A stretch of 63,914 nt of DNA, the filler included, from Phoronis australis (lineage: Eukaryota > Animalia > Phoronida), in assembly GCA_002633005.1 (NCBI GenBank). It is 7 parts of 7 records of this genome, joined end to end, with 100 filler letters (N's around TTAATTAATTAA, not from the genome) between each part and the next. Parts side by side here need not be neighbours in the genome. Positions count along the whole stretch, not along the records: positions 1 to 26,982 come from NMRA01000015.1; 6 more parts are not named here. One strand, 5' to 3'. The position numbers and the translations under genes were made by a program. Below are positions 13,401 to 25,817 of the stretch, one piece after another. The notes beneath the pieces were generated by a model, which saw only the letters and a program-made list of their open reading frames with translations, ran no database searches and was not told where the DNA came from. The first letter of the stretch is position 1, and each line of letters starts with the position of its first letter.

Positions 13401-16400
13401 TTGATGTTCGAGGTAATCGAGGTAAAGACAGTTCAAGGAACCAACCATAAATTTAACAGAGGTTGATCATCAGTTTGTGCTCTGAAGGCCACTGAATGGT
13501 TCAAGGGAATTGGTGGAATGATGATTTTGAAATTCAAAATGATTGAGTGAACTGAGAAATGTGGCTTAAGTTGATATTCATATGATGAAATAAATGAAAT
13601 GATTTCATCTTTGTTAAGAAATTATCAGATCTGTCTTTAATTGGTATAAGTTTGTGCATTTTGTTAAAACCTTGTTTTGTCCTCATTTGCAGCCTTCTGA
13701 CCCACTGGAACAGGGTAACTGGTTAAACATACTTATACGAGCCACAAACAAGTCATCGGCACCCCCGCCTGAGGACAGTAACCGTGACAACCAGCCGTCT
13801 GCTGATACCGAAGCTCCTGTTGCCATCCCCAAAGTGGATTCCCCTGTTGTTGACTCACGTGATCAGTTTATCAGTACCAGTAGTGACTCCCTAGGATACT
13901 CGCACATCTATGAGGAGAGTGCCACTCTGACAGAATCATTCTTGAAGGCCCTGGAGGATGGCGTTGCATTTAGCACAGCAGTCGAGCCGTCGTCGGGGAC
14001 AGAGAACAATGTGGAAATGGAGGTTTCAAAAGACGAAGAACCTGTGCCTGAAAAAACAGAGGCCACCACTGAGGGGAATTTCGCCGTACCACAGGTTCGC
14101 ATTGAGCGGGAGTATGACTTGCCAGCCGAGGACAGCTCTACAGACGAAGACTCAGGTATGTAATGGACACCTCAACCCGAGCCTGACAAACATTATTTGT
14201 TGCATCACAAGAAATTGAAAGTTTTTTCAAAGCATGCCACGGGGTTTGTTAATTTTTTCTCGAGTAGAGTTGATTGGTGGCCTTGGGCTCGGGCATATGT
14301 GAGTTTTTTACACGGCTTTAAAGTTATTATGACAACAAATTTGTAGCCAGTAGATTTTATCAGGTAGGACATTTATTTTGTTTTAGATTTTTGAGGAATT
14401 TTAGGTGGAATCGCTGAATAAACTATTAAATGATACCGTTTTATGACACCACAAATATTATTCACTATTCTTCCAGATTTTTAAAATTTTTTACTACTGT
14501 ATTATCAGTGTTAGGATTTTGTATCAGTTTTCCTGATTTTTGCTTGTTTTAGTAAAAACAAAACATGAAACCATGAAAAGATAATTAATTTTTTGAGATG
14601 TCAAAAATATAGAATTGTTTATCTTTTTATAAAAGTTTATGTTATACAGAATTGGTTAAACGCACGACACTTTTCATTGTTCACAGTCTTTATTCCGTTA
14701 CGTTCATACCTGCGGAACAAAACTCTACTCTAACCAATTCTGTATAACCGAAAACTTGCTCCCGAAGTACATCCAAAAGTTTATGTACAAATATTAAACA
14801 AATGTTGAGACCATGGCTTTGCTCCTATTGTTGACCTGTTTGTCTTTAGAGCTGAAGACGACCGGTGAACACGTGTATGACAGTGTTAGTATGCATTCCA
14901 CCTCAGATTCTGTGGCCGCAAGTGATAAGGAGAGCAAGCAACAGAAATCTGATAAGGTATTAACACAATTTGTTATTTGTTAAATACTGAAAATAAATAA
15001 TTTTTGTCCTGAAATCCCATACGTCAAAATCTCACCAATTTAGGACAAAATATGGCCGACAGGTGAAATTGTTTTTTTTTGTTAACAATAAGCTGCATTC
15101 AATGAATCATCTGTATTCCACAACATTAGCCATGTAATTATCTGTTTGTATCAAGTTCAAAGATCTATAGCATATCTACCACCAGACAATGAGTCTGAGA
15201 CATTATGACCATTCATAACAATGTTAGAACCCTTTTAAATTGAAAAAAGACCTAATTTTGGCAATTATTTTTGTCCAAAAGTGGTGAGATGTTACCGTAT
15301 TTCAAGAATTAACTAAATGCCTCTCAAGACTGAAGACCAGATACTGCTGTTCTTGGAGGTTGTTTTGTCCATCTTTTTGAGGTCATTTTCAGGTAAGTTG
15401 TTAAGGTGCAAATACTTATCCAACAAGATTTTGGAATTGGGCTGAGACGGTATTGTGAATCAGGACCGGGAGATTTCATTGCAGCGTCTTAGTGCTGTGG
15501 AACTATCGAACTATTTTAAGGGAGGGTGACTGTGTTGTTTTAGTGTTGCTCTTCATACAGTCATTTGTTGTGCTATGTGTTGACTTTGGTGGTCTGTTGC
15601 TATGGAAACACAGTTGTGAGTCTAGCATGATTTGTTGAATGTTCCTTCCATCAATGTCTGCAATGTAACCAGGCTTTGACTACTAATGTGTTGCATGAGT
15701 TACAGGTGGCACTGGTTTTCATTAGTAGAACAAAGTGTTTTCTCAATGCAAAACAACAAGTTTATCCAAAATCACACTTGATCATTTTCAAATGCCAAGA
15801 ATTTCCACGAAAACCAATCAACTGTATTTTCAAGTAGCAAGCTTGTTCTTTTTATAAATAATTCCCATTTTGTTGTTTTTTACTCCCAGGCTTATGTTTC
15901 AATGCGCTTCTAATTGTAACAATGTTATGTCCAACAAGTGAAGTTTTGATCTAGACCCCTTACTGCTGTAGATCTGGTCTTGACTTGATCCTTACTTAGA
16001 TGAAAAGTTGATTGATGGGTTTTACATACAACTGATGACCGGTTATTTCTTGAGATCACGTTCTGTGCATAAAATGAATCTTGTCTCAAGCAATAACAAT
16101 GTGTCATTCTTCGAAGCCCAAAAGTTTTCTCAAACTTGATGAATAACGTAGAAAATAAATGTGAAACTAAATAAGGCGATCCAGATCCTCCCAAGGATAC
16201 TATTGTTTCACGAAATATAGAATGTAAATAGGTAAATAAAACAACAAGAATGGATCAACTGAAATTTTCTTAAATAGTAACGTCCTTCGTCAACAGAAAC
16301 AGAAATCAAACACTGTATGATTTCTGTTTCTGTTGACAAAGAACGTTATTATATCCGAAAATTTCAGTTGATCTATTCTTGTTGTTTTATTTACCTATTT

Positions 16401-19400
16401 ATATCTCAAACTTGAGTAAGGGAGGATTTGAGACAGATTTCAGAACAGATTTATAGGCATTTTAATTGGGGTACGTCCATTTATAACACTCTGCTGCATG
16501 TCATCTGTGTTGTCATATTCTGTAAGAGCTCCGCGTCCAAACTTTCCAACGATGTTCTGTGTATTGGTCAGGAGCGAGACAGCGGTGTTGATGCCCAAAG
16601 TGACGAGCATCTCTGGCATGACGACCACGACGTAAGACAAGACTGTGCACCATTGCGATCACGTGACTCACGAGTTGTTTTCAACTAACTAGTGTTGTCT
16701 GCTTCTTTTCTGTTCCTATTCAGTAGGCTTCCTCACATTGTTGGACATCAGTGGCAGGTCTACGTTTTTAGTAAGAGGGGGTTTAGGATTGGCGCTAATC
16801 TGAGGCACGGAGCGGCGAGCAGAGGGAAAGTTGGGAGGGGGTTTCCGTCCTCCCGTGTAAGATTTTTTTGGTTTTTAGTAGCTGATTTCGTTTTTCTGGG
16901 GACATTTTTTAAAATTTTTATTTTTGATCCTGTCCCGAGGGGGGATTTGAACCCCGCGTAGATCTGCCTCTGGACATTTTGAATTGTTGAGAGGAGTAAA
17001 GTTCATGGTATAAAACCTGAGTGAAAATTTTAGAACTCAAGGCAGGTGATTGGTCAAGGTTCCTGAATTGCCATATCATATTGAAAATGATGAAAACCCA
17101 CTGAGGATAGAATTGGAAACACTGGGTCTAGCCTGGAAACACTGGGTCTAGCCTGGAAACACTGGGTCTAGCCTGGAAACACTGGGTCTAGCCTGGAAAC
17201 ACTGGGTCTAGCCTGGAAACACTGGGTCTAGCCTGGAAATACTGGGTCTAGCCTGGAAACACTGGGTCTAGCCTGGAAAAACTGGGTATAGCCAAAAGTG
17301 ATTCTTATGTACATTTAGTCCAGGTTTTAATTGTCCTTCGCCATGGGAAGTTTTCTGTATTGATGTGATAACTCCAGCAATGTCTTTTCACATTTTAACC
17401 AGTTTCTGTTCATGGTTGTAGTGTCTATCTACTAATTTCATACTGTTACTGGTGTTTATTTTCATTACAGATTTTATAGTCACTGGAATGTTTTGTCTGT
17501 TGTTCTTTTCTGATGTTATTTTTCATTTCGAAAATATTTCACCAGAGCAACCATCTAAAACTAGTGTTGATTTCACTTTACAAGTTCTCCTGAACATAAA
17601 TTTGAGCTATCTGTGTTTAAGAGAGGTAGATCGTGGATTGAATCAAACAGAGTGCACATTTGCCTCCTGATTTTTTCTTCCATAGATTTCATTTAGCTCT
17701 AACTTGTAATTATTCACTTATTTAGCACATATAATGAAGGTGGCAAATGAAATTCTATTTTGATGAATTTTGCCACAAAAACAAAGATTAAAAAAATTCA
17801 GTCCATTATGAGCTTGGTTTGTGCTGTACAGGTGTCATCAAGCAGTTTCCTTTGAAAATTTGAAAAGTTACAATTTTGGGAATGATTTCTGCGAGAAGCA
17901 AGAGGAGAATTAATAATTTGATTACTAGCAGTAGCTTATTAGCCTGTGCCTTGATGTATTGACCTCTGTATTGGTATTCACCTTTGTATTGGTATTCACC
18001 TCTATATTGGTGTTGTCCAAGTATTCCTGTTATGCTTACTTGTGGTGTGAGTCACCTTTAACTTAAGGTTATGGTTTTCAAGGTTTGATGCTACTCACTT
18101 TGGATAACGCTTTGAAATTATTTCAAACTCATCTTTCTCTGCTTTCTTTAGTGAAATTCTCTCATTTCAGTTGTGTGTTTTTGTCCATGAACGATGACAA
18201 TTTTAGCATTGATCACTCAGAATTTTACGCAAGTTCATTTCTTGAAAAAAAGACTTTAAAGCATGTTGTAACGACAAGCAGTAAAAATCAGGTTGATTTT
18301 GTTTTCAATTTTCAAACTGGTTATGAACATAGCTGTAAATTCCCTCTGCTTCTCAAAACATTATGTGACAGTAGTCATGGTACAGATTAGGAAATGACAA
18401 AGTGCTTATTTGGTGCTACTCATCTTTTATGAAAAAGAAGAAATAAACAAAATTTCACTTTTCAATCTCCACTTTTTGCTCAACTGTGTGCTAGGGATGA
18501 GCTATTGATAACTACATCTCCCCGTCGCAATTTCCTTTTAATATCTACATGTACTTCGCAAAGTGTTTTAGTTCAATAGATTCTAATTCATTCATTACTG
18601 AAACATTATTTGACCCTGTTTTAATTCAAATATGACTTTGTTGTCTACAGATATACGAGAGCTGCTTCGAGAATCAGCTGGAAACAGACACAACAGAACC
18701 TGACAAGGAGAGTCCACCGGCAGGTGAGAAATGGTCGCTGTTGTTATGACAACGAGTCACTCTGCTTAACTATTTACTAAGGATTAAGTACCGTCATGAA
18801 AATTTAACACTGTTTTGTTATTTTTTCACAAAAATGTTACCATGGTTTTTGTTATACACTTGTCATCACATGACATTGGGTGATGGAAAAACAGGTATTT
18901 TGCCAATTATTTTACACCCTCAGGTCTGGTGAATTTAAAAATTGTTGATGGATGAAATGTTAAAAGCTTCAAAATGAGTTAACGTGTTGTTAATGTCTTC
19001 AGTTTCAGTGATTCAACAAGAGAAGGAAATGCTGGAAAAGTCTCCAAATCCAGTCCTGGTCAAAATCCGAGCTGAAAAGCAGCAGCGTCGCATGAGTGGT
19101 TCCTCTGTCTCATCAACCGAGTCCGTCACTAGTCCTGTGCACAGTACGCCAAAACCATTAGGCACCAAGGTCGAGGATATGAAGAAGAGATTCCAAGAAA
19201 TTAGTGAAACACGAATGAATGCGAGTGAATCCAAGCTGCATCGTAAAGTGAGTAGTTTGGACAAAAGTGGTAAACTTGCAGATGGAGAGGGTGAAAATAA
19301 ACTGAACAAGAGCGTGAGTGAGAGTCAACTGTCACGACTGGCTATAGCTCGACTGTCATACCAAGAGAAACGCAAGAGTGACACCAGCCTTCGGCGGAGG

Positions 19401-22400
19401 TCGTTCCAGAAAACACCCGTCGAAGGCATTGATTCTGAGACTAAATCTCTAGATCAGCACTTAGATGCCAACAACGGAGGCGGAGGTGATGGGGAAAACC
19501 AGCGACTCACTGCTCGGAGCAGTACAGTGAGCAGCTCATGTAGTAGCAGGAGTGAAGCCACAAATATCTCGTCATCGACAAAACATAGTTCTAATTCAAA
19601 AGATGACGACACAAAGCGATCAAACACCAGCCTCAACTCAGTGGAGAAGGCTAACATGTATGCCATGCCTGACAAAATGACAAAACGGCACAATAAGACG
19701 GGCATGGCAGGTATGGTAAAAATGCCGGACCCCGCAGGTGACAGTGCTGATGTTTATGAGGACTCCGCCATAGTCCCGCCCCCGAAGCGGGGCATCCTGG
19801 GCGCACTCGGCGATTCGCGCATGAGCAAGAAGAAACAGCAAAAGGAAAATGGAAAGCCGGCAAAAAGTGTCAAGGAGGGTAAGAGACTGAGTCGGTTCCA
19901 TCGTCATTTGTCAAAAGATGAGGAAGTAACTGTGCGAGAGGTGAAGGAGCAAGAGAAGTCACACTCAAGCAAGGAGAGCCTTCTTGATGAGGTGAAGTTG
20001 AGAAAGCACTCCAAGACTAGCCAGGAAGACGAGGATGAGGAGATTGCCAATGATCCGGAGGTGAAGAGGCTGAGGGCCAGGATTGACGAGCTGAAGGCCA
20101 GCATATTGGAGACCAAGCAGCAAAGGTAAGAGTGAAGGATAACATTGTTAGTGATGGGATAACTTGAAAGGTAAGGAGTGTGGTGTGGTTAGAGATAGCA
20201 CTTTTAGTGATGGGATGGCGGAGTTTCATGAGTCCTATGTAGAGAAATTCCTGGTATTGAAACAGTTATGGTTATTGTGCAATGCCTGTCTCCAAAGGAA
20301 CAAGAGATGGGAGTTTGAGAGAAGGATCATGGCGGAGGGAGGAAGGGATGAAGGTTACAATGACGTATCCAAAATGTTGAGCTACCAAAATATTGCATTT
20401 TGAGGCAGAAATTCTGTCATGGTGAGAAGTGATAAATGTACCACGCCATATTTTTATTGTTGTTTTTTCACCCAATTTGATGTTCTTGCAATTATCCTTT
20501 TAAATCCAGTTGGCTCCTCAATGTCAGCGGAATATTTCTAAGACTTTTACGAACAAGATTAGATGGTGTCACATCCTTGATTTGCTTTGCTTTACACATG
20601 TGCAACTGTGAAATGAGTTACTGATTGATGGCTGTTCACAGAAGTGCCATAAAAGAAGAGAGGTCATTAGCTCGCCAGCACAGTGAGAAGAAAGCATTTG
20701 ACGAGGAGCTGCGCTACCTGGACAATCAGCACAAGAACTTGGAGCGGGAACTGGATGAAGAAGAACATGAGCTCTCCTGTGTAATAAGGTTAAAAGTGAG
20801 TGTACAGACTCTCCTTTTTGAAGAGGTCATTAGTGCTTGCAGTAGGGGAGATTTCCACTCAAAAGCCTTGGTTAATAATATATGGCCGTCTGGCTGGGTG
20901 TATACGAGGCTATTATTTACGAAAACATGTTGACAAAATTCATTCTGGAATAGGGTTAACCGCCCACTCTTAGCTTTCTGAAAATTTCTTTTTTAAGCTT
21001 ACCTAGAACATGCTATTTTGATTTCGTCCTTTGTTTTCTAGTGGTGAGTATGATATGACTTGGGTTTACCCCGTGTTACACAGTCATATGAACTGTTGGG
21101 AATTACATTCATTTTTGTTTGTCTTTTGCAGCATTCGTCGTCAGGCAATATGAACCGGTCAGGTATTAGAAAGTCGATGAGAGAGGTGAAGTCGAGGGTT
21201 CAGGAGCGATTAAAGGTACTTGTTGGTTTTAACTACAGAGCATTATAACCATATCGTGTGAATAAACATTTATCAGCACTATAATAAAACACTAGATATT
21301 GCTGTAATAAGGTACTAGATTCTAGGCACCTGTTTTAACTTCCTTATTGAACATTGTACTGCATGATTGTAATGTCATGCAATTGGTTTTACTGGTGTTG
21401 CCTTGTTTTCATCGCACTTAATAATGGAATTGTATTTATTTTCCAACTTGGTTCAATGTTTGGGTTGCCCACTAAGTATTGTCTTGATACTTTGTTCTAC
21501 CGTGTTGTGTAATTTGGTATTTTTAGTTTTTAATCAGACAAGTCCTGTACTCAGTTGAGTTCCTTTTTATTTACTTTTTGATTTCCATTTGTTGACTTTT
21601 ATTATGATTTTGTTTACAGCGGTACAAAACCCGTCGAGTCACACTGGTCCAGGACTAGCCCATGTAATAATTTATTTGACTGTTTTATTAATTATTTATC
21701 CTCACACGCCTGTAGATCAGTGCAGATGATCCACTCAGCTTCATTGGCTTCCCACTGGGCACCGTGCGGTTGTTTCAGTTTAGCGGCCAATTTTCATTTT
21801 TACGCTTTTATGGTTTCACTGTTTTTCCAGTGCTTTTAACAAGAATGGCTTGATGACAACTTAGTAGATTCTGACATATTGTTTGACTGTGGCATACATT
21901 TGGCAAGAACTCTAACCATGCTTTTTTCACACTGTCTTAATTAAGAGAGATATTTAGAAGGTCGGTGTTTCAATACCAACAATTATGATAGTAAAGTTTT
22001 AACAAAGTAACGGAACTTAGACTGTGTGAAGGAAGTCGTCTGTCAGATCATTTTGCGGCATGATTGAGGTTGATGGTACTGACTTTGACTGACTTTTCAT
22101 GCTTTTATTAATACAATCATCTTTTGCAGCTGCATTGATCTATACTCTTATTAAAGGCTTTAAGTTGCATACTTTAAAATTTCTGTAATTTAATTCTCAG
22201 CATGGCAAACTTGTGAAACTTAATTCATTCATTTGTGAAACATATTAAGGAGCACCAACTAAACGCGTCATCATTATCAATCTCAATACAGTATCTACCA
22301 ACGCACAATGTGTTGAGATATCACGGACATTCACAGCAATGTTAGAATAATTTGAAGGATGAAATTTGTCAATTTGGACAATTAATTTTGTCCCACGTAG

Positions 22401-24194
22401 GTGAGGTTTTACTGTATTGATTTTATTGTGTTTACAACAAAGCAGGGTATTCTCGGAGGTATGCTTGTGTAACATTAATTAGAACTTTAAGGCATGTTTA
22501 TCGCAATCAGTGCTTACTACTTCTAAAGCCCTAGAACAGTTACTTAGCTCACTATCTCATCTCTGGCACTCCCGCTCATCTGTTCACTGTTTATACACAT
22601 TCCAGGGTTTTTATATGCCATTCTTGCAACCTCACGATGACTAGGTAAATGGAAACTGTGGTGTTGGTGTTTGGTGTTGGGTTGTTGTTGCTTTTACGTG
22701 TACTGGCTTGCTGACTGTTTCCATGGAAACAGAATGTTGTTGTTGGTGCACATGAGTTTGACAGAGTGTGGGTTGGATTTTCCATGTTGTGGTTAATGCT
22801 ATCGCACTCCGAGTTGTGTCTGGTTTTCTTTTCTAATTATGTGAATTATGTGACTTCATAAATGGAATAGACCCATCATTCTCAAAGTAACTATTTAATG
22901 TCTTTCACAATAAAGGAGCAATGCATTGCGTATTGCACGTTTTGTTGATTATTTGTCAAAAACTATCAAATAAATATATGGGTGCTTTTCAGAAAACTTA
23001 ACTTCAATCAGTTTCTATGGTGATAATATCTGAACCAATTTGAAATTGTCGTATCTCTATGTAAGGTCTGTGTGTGGACTCTTGAAAGTATGTGAAGTTT
23101 GTGAAGTCACATGATTTGTGGCAGCCAAGATAATTTTCGCAGCACAGCACTTGCATCAATATAACGTACTGTTGTCTCCTGCACGCATTCGCTGATCTTG
23201 AACCATCACACTACAAAGTGCGTTTTACGTTATGTATTTAATTGTAGTATTAAAGTTATATAATTGATCACTGTTCCAACTATGAAAAATGGCCAATAAA
23301 AACATTGTATTTTATTAAACCAAAAAGTAACACTGCACACTTCATTCCAACCACAGTATGACAAGTAGTGTTAACTAGCCTAATGTTTGGTAACTTGATT
23401 TTCTGGGGCACATTGTAAAATTAAACCTTTTCTGTGAACTTTTGTCTCAGAGTAATAGTCATATTTTTAAGAGTGTGCTCAATATAGCTTCAATCTTTGC
23501 CCAAAACATCACCTGTAATTGTGATTTGAAACTTCTTAACTTGTGTTTCACTATTTCCAAGTTCAGTACTTCAGCAACTGTCAGACAATGCTTTGAGAAA
23601 TTGCAGGAATTAATAACTTAAATGCTAGAAAATTTGGAATTCAATGATGAAAAAAGACTGTTTCTTTATGGTGGTATTCTTTTTCTGAAATTGATGAGAT
23701 TTGATTGTAGGTTAGATGAAGTTGTTCTTTATATTTCACAATCACGGATTTTAGCAGTGAGAATAATCCATATCTGAGTTACATCCGCAACAGCATTCAA
23801 ATAAGTGAAGTTGTTTCAATTAATCTAGCTTCATCAACATTATGTCAAAAACTTGAATGAAATTAGATGAAAAATAACACTTATAAATCATTTGAAAATC
23901 GGGAAAATGTTTGCTTCAAGATTTTTGAGTTTCAACATGAAAAAATTATTGTGTACTACCATATCTTGTTCACTTTTTGCACCTGAGTGGGCAATGTGTG
24001 ATGTATCGTAAACGTTTACATGTCTGTCATGAAGCAGAAGGAGCATTTTTGTTTCAGTTATTGTGTATTGTCATTTAGCATCTGCAAACTGTTATAATTT
24101 AATAATCTTTGTTTTGTGTTTTCAGCAATTTGAGGATCTCTCTCAACAACCATTCGACGCAGGTTCTGTCGAGTTCGAATTGGATGACATTTAG
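4410..24194 (+). CDS. AFAP1: AFAP1/AFAP-110-family (actin filament-associated protein 1-like) double-PH-domain adaptor, multi-exon, 5'-incomplete
   Basis: Phase-consistent GT-AG exon chain: 4410-4741, 5292-5341, 6078-6196, 7016-7172, 9808-10165 (PH1), 10464-10598, 11142-11229, 11819-12001, 12509-12726 (PH2), 13693-14155, 14850-14956, 16572-16631, 18651-18723, 19003(or 19009)-20125, 20642-20795, 21132-21215, 24126-24194 (stop TAG). Protein shows PPPPPERP/PPPPVPEP proline tracts, YEVP, the AFAP hallmark SYESYDE before PH1, 'SIGKKK' before PH2, and a C-terminal coiled coil. The first visible exon opens in phase 1, so the start lies further upstream. Confidence 0.85.
8498..8530 (+). CDS. Candidate 33-nt microexon or alternative first exon of AFAP1-like gene (MDNVEPGFLQR)
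   Basis: ttag|C ATG GAC...CAA CG|gtaagc; phase 2/2 matches the host intron 7173-9807. Confidence 0.5.
9808..10165 (+). CDS. AFAP1: AFAP1-like exon encoding first PH domain
   Basis: CRGNLYQKRKLMWVRRYCVLADKALLIY...HWFSAETKEETEIWFE fits the PH fold pattern; flanked by ttcag and gtaagt. Confidence 0.9.
12509..12726 (+). CDS. AFAP1: AFAP1-like exon encoding most of second PH domain
   Basis: GRFKVMRD..WEEMYCQVKNGLFEVY...FPLFGCEV...LVFE; the C-terminal helix EQGNWLNIL is in the next exon (13693). Confidence 0.88.
12858..13147 (+). repeat. Duplicate of 12567-12856 (3' part of PH2 exon plus intron), probable allelic/assembly overlap
   Basis: Offset 291; starts immediately after a single N at 12857; lacks the exon's acceptor; exonic part identical, about 4 intronic substitutions. 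Confidence 0.85.
13080..13270. repeat. Minisatellite, ~29-bp unit
   Basis: tgtggtggacaactggtcagtcctgctaa repeated about 6 times. Confidence 0.9.
14641..14748. mobile_element. Small MITE-like foldback
   Basis: Perfect 18-bp terminal inverted repeat gttatacagaattggtta / taaccaattctgtataac. Confidence 0.6.
15022..15297. mobile_element. Tc1/mariner-pogo-type MITE
   Basis: Imperfect ~30-bp TIRs (cgtcaaaatctcaccaatttaggacaaaa / ttttgtccaaaagtggtgagatgttaccg) flanked by TA; related end fragments near 25370-25398 and 46702-46732. Confidence 0.6.
16225..16401. repeat. Long imperfect palindrome (foldback MITE-like), ~85-bp arms, ~9-nt loop
   Basis: taaataggtaaataaaacaacaagaat...cagaaacagaaatca mirrored by tgatttctgtttctg...attcttgttgttttatttacctattta. 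Confidence 0.8.
16749..16972. mobile_element. hAT-like MITE with 5-bp target-site duplication
   Basis: TIRs CAGTGGCAGGTCTACG / CAGAGGCAGATCTACG (14/16 match); GACAT on both flanks (16744-48, 16973-77). Confidence 0.75.
17115..17293. repeat. Minisatellite, 20-bp unit, ~9 copies
   Basis: tggaaacactgggtctagcc, near-perfect copies. Confidence 0.95.
19003..20125 (+). CDS. AFAP1: Large Ser/Lys-rich low-complexity exon of AFAP1-like gene, ending in start of coiled coil
   Basis: 381-codon ORF 18984-20129; in-frame acceptors at 19003 or 19009; donor AG|gtaag at 20125 is phase-compatible with exon 20642. Confidence 0.85.
21620..21658 (+). CDS. Candidate proximal alternative terminal exon of AFAP1-like gene (RYKTRRVTLVQD*)
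   Basis: Long pyrimidine tract ending tttacag; phase 0 matches donor at 21215; AATAAA at 23295-23300 lies before the distal exon. Confidence 0.5.
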   Translation, partial: RYKTRRVTLVQD

Positions 24195-25817
24195 ATTTTC
24201 CTGAAGAACTCCTGCGATTTTTTTCCCAAGCCTGTGGAAATTTAAAGGTTTTTGTCTTCGAGTGCAGGTGACAAGTGTTGATGTGCTGTTATGAAGCTGA
24301 CATGAAGACTTTGGAAGTTATGGGGAGTTAGCTTCCACTCCTAATCAACAGCAATCACCATGGAAACATTGCAATTGCTTTTTTGAGACTTCTGCTGAAT
24401 CTTTCATGTAGTGCGATTGCTTCTTGGCTCTAAATCAATGTCAGTTATGAAAAAGTTAATAAGTCAAAGTGAGATTTTTTTTTCATGTGACTTTGGTAAT
24501 CCATTGCGTTGGATTGTTGAGTGACTGTAAAACAAAACACTCATTTATAGATTATTTAAAGAATGTACACTTGACGAAATGTGTCGTTAATTTTTAAACT
24601 GTGAAATTGTGAAGATCAAGAGGGAAGACGGGAATTTTGAACTATTTTTTTTTCTTTTGAAGGAACAATTTGTTGTGACAAATTTACTGCCAACGCTGTG
24701 CCATATTGTTTTCTTTTATAATTTTAATTTGTTAAAAGTTTGTAATTTTGTTTGAATCACTGTTGGTTAATCAGCAGACTAAATGTTAGAGTGATTTAAA
24801 AGAATTTTATGGAAGAAGACTGACAAGTGTTTGATGGTGCATTTCGCTACAAAACAAAAATCGCATTAGACCTTTTGCTCTCATAAAATTGTTCTCATAA
24901 TATTCCCTACCGTGATAGAATTTTATTTCCGTTACAAACAAAAACATCTCAATCGTCAGCAAAATTGCAATTTGAAAATGGCGCGTGTATGCTTTGGGAC
25001 TTGAGATGGTAACTAAAATGTTATCCTGTCATGGTAAGGAATATTATGAGAATGATTTTTCTGAGTAAAAGGCCTAATTTTGTTTCGATTTTTAGCCTTT
25101 TAAACAATGTGAAATGTAGCTTTAAGAACACTTAGTGAAAAGTGTATTGTGTTATGTCACCATCATGTAGTGCAGTAAAGTCTTTCCAGTTCACAACACT
25201 GGTGGACAAGAGAAATTTTATTATCACATTTTTGTCTTAAAATTGATGCTTTAACATTTTGAAGCTCTGCACTTTGGCGACCATCAGACACCACCTTGAA
25301 AAAGAGAGCTTTCGCAACAGTGTCAGAATTTCTTGAAAATGAAAAAGCATTGATTTTGGCTGGTGGTTATTGTCCGAAACTCAGTGAGATTTTATCGACA
25401 TGTTTTCTGTGATTCATACATTCACTGAAAGGAATTATGACAAATTGGTGTTCCCATGTTAAATTGCAAGTGTTATTCCCCAATATTCAAAATATTGGAT
25501 TTAAAAGACAGTAAGTTTAAGTTAAACTCTATTTCTGGTGTCTCTTGGTGTTGAAAAATAGTACGTACTTGGTTTTTTTATTGAAACCAGTAAATTTGTC
25601 ATGTTAGCACTATTCTTCCTGAATGTTGGTGTATCAATGTTGAACTTTGTAAAGACGTGACTGTTCTGAAGTGGTTTTATTGTAAAGAATGTTACATGTT
25701 CAACAAAATAGTAAAATTACTTGGTCCTGGGATTAGGTGATTAGGTCAAACAAAATAGCTTAATTGGTTCTGGTCTGTGATTAGGTCAAAGGAAATAGCT
25801 TACGGGGCCATCCTGGA

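Noticed and set aside
15317-15392. ATG-initiated hydrophobic mini-ORF ending in a strong donor (CAG|GTAAGT)
   Set aside because: Phase 1 does not fit the next exons (phase 0), it sits beside a MITE end, and there is no other support; only RNA data could rescue it
17115-17293. Regular short repeats resembling a CRISPR array (also 26685-26800, 13080-13270, 3755-3995)
   Set aside because: Head-to-tail units without unique spacers, no cas genes, eukaryotic intron context: these are minisatellites
19013-20229. Several antisense ORFs over the large AFAP1-like exon
   Set aside because: Expected shadow frames of a low-complexity coding exon; no recognisable protein
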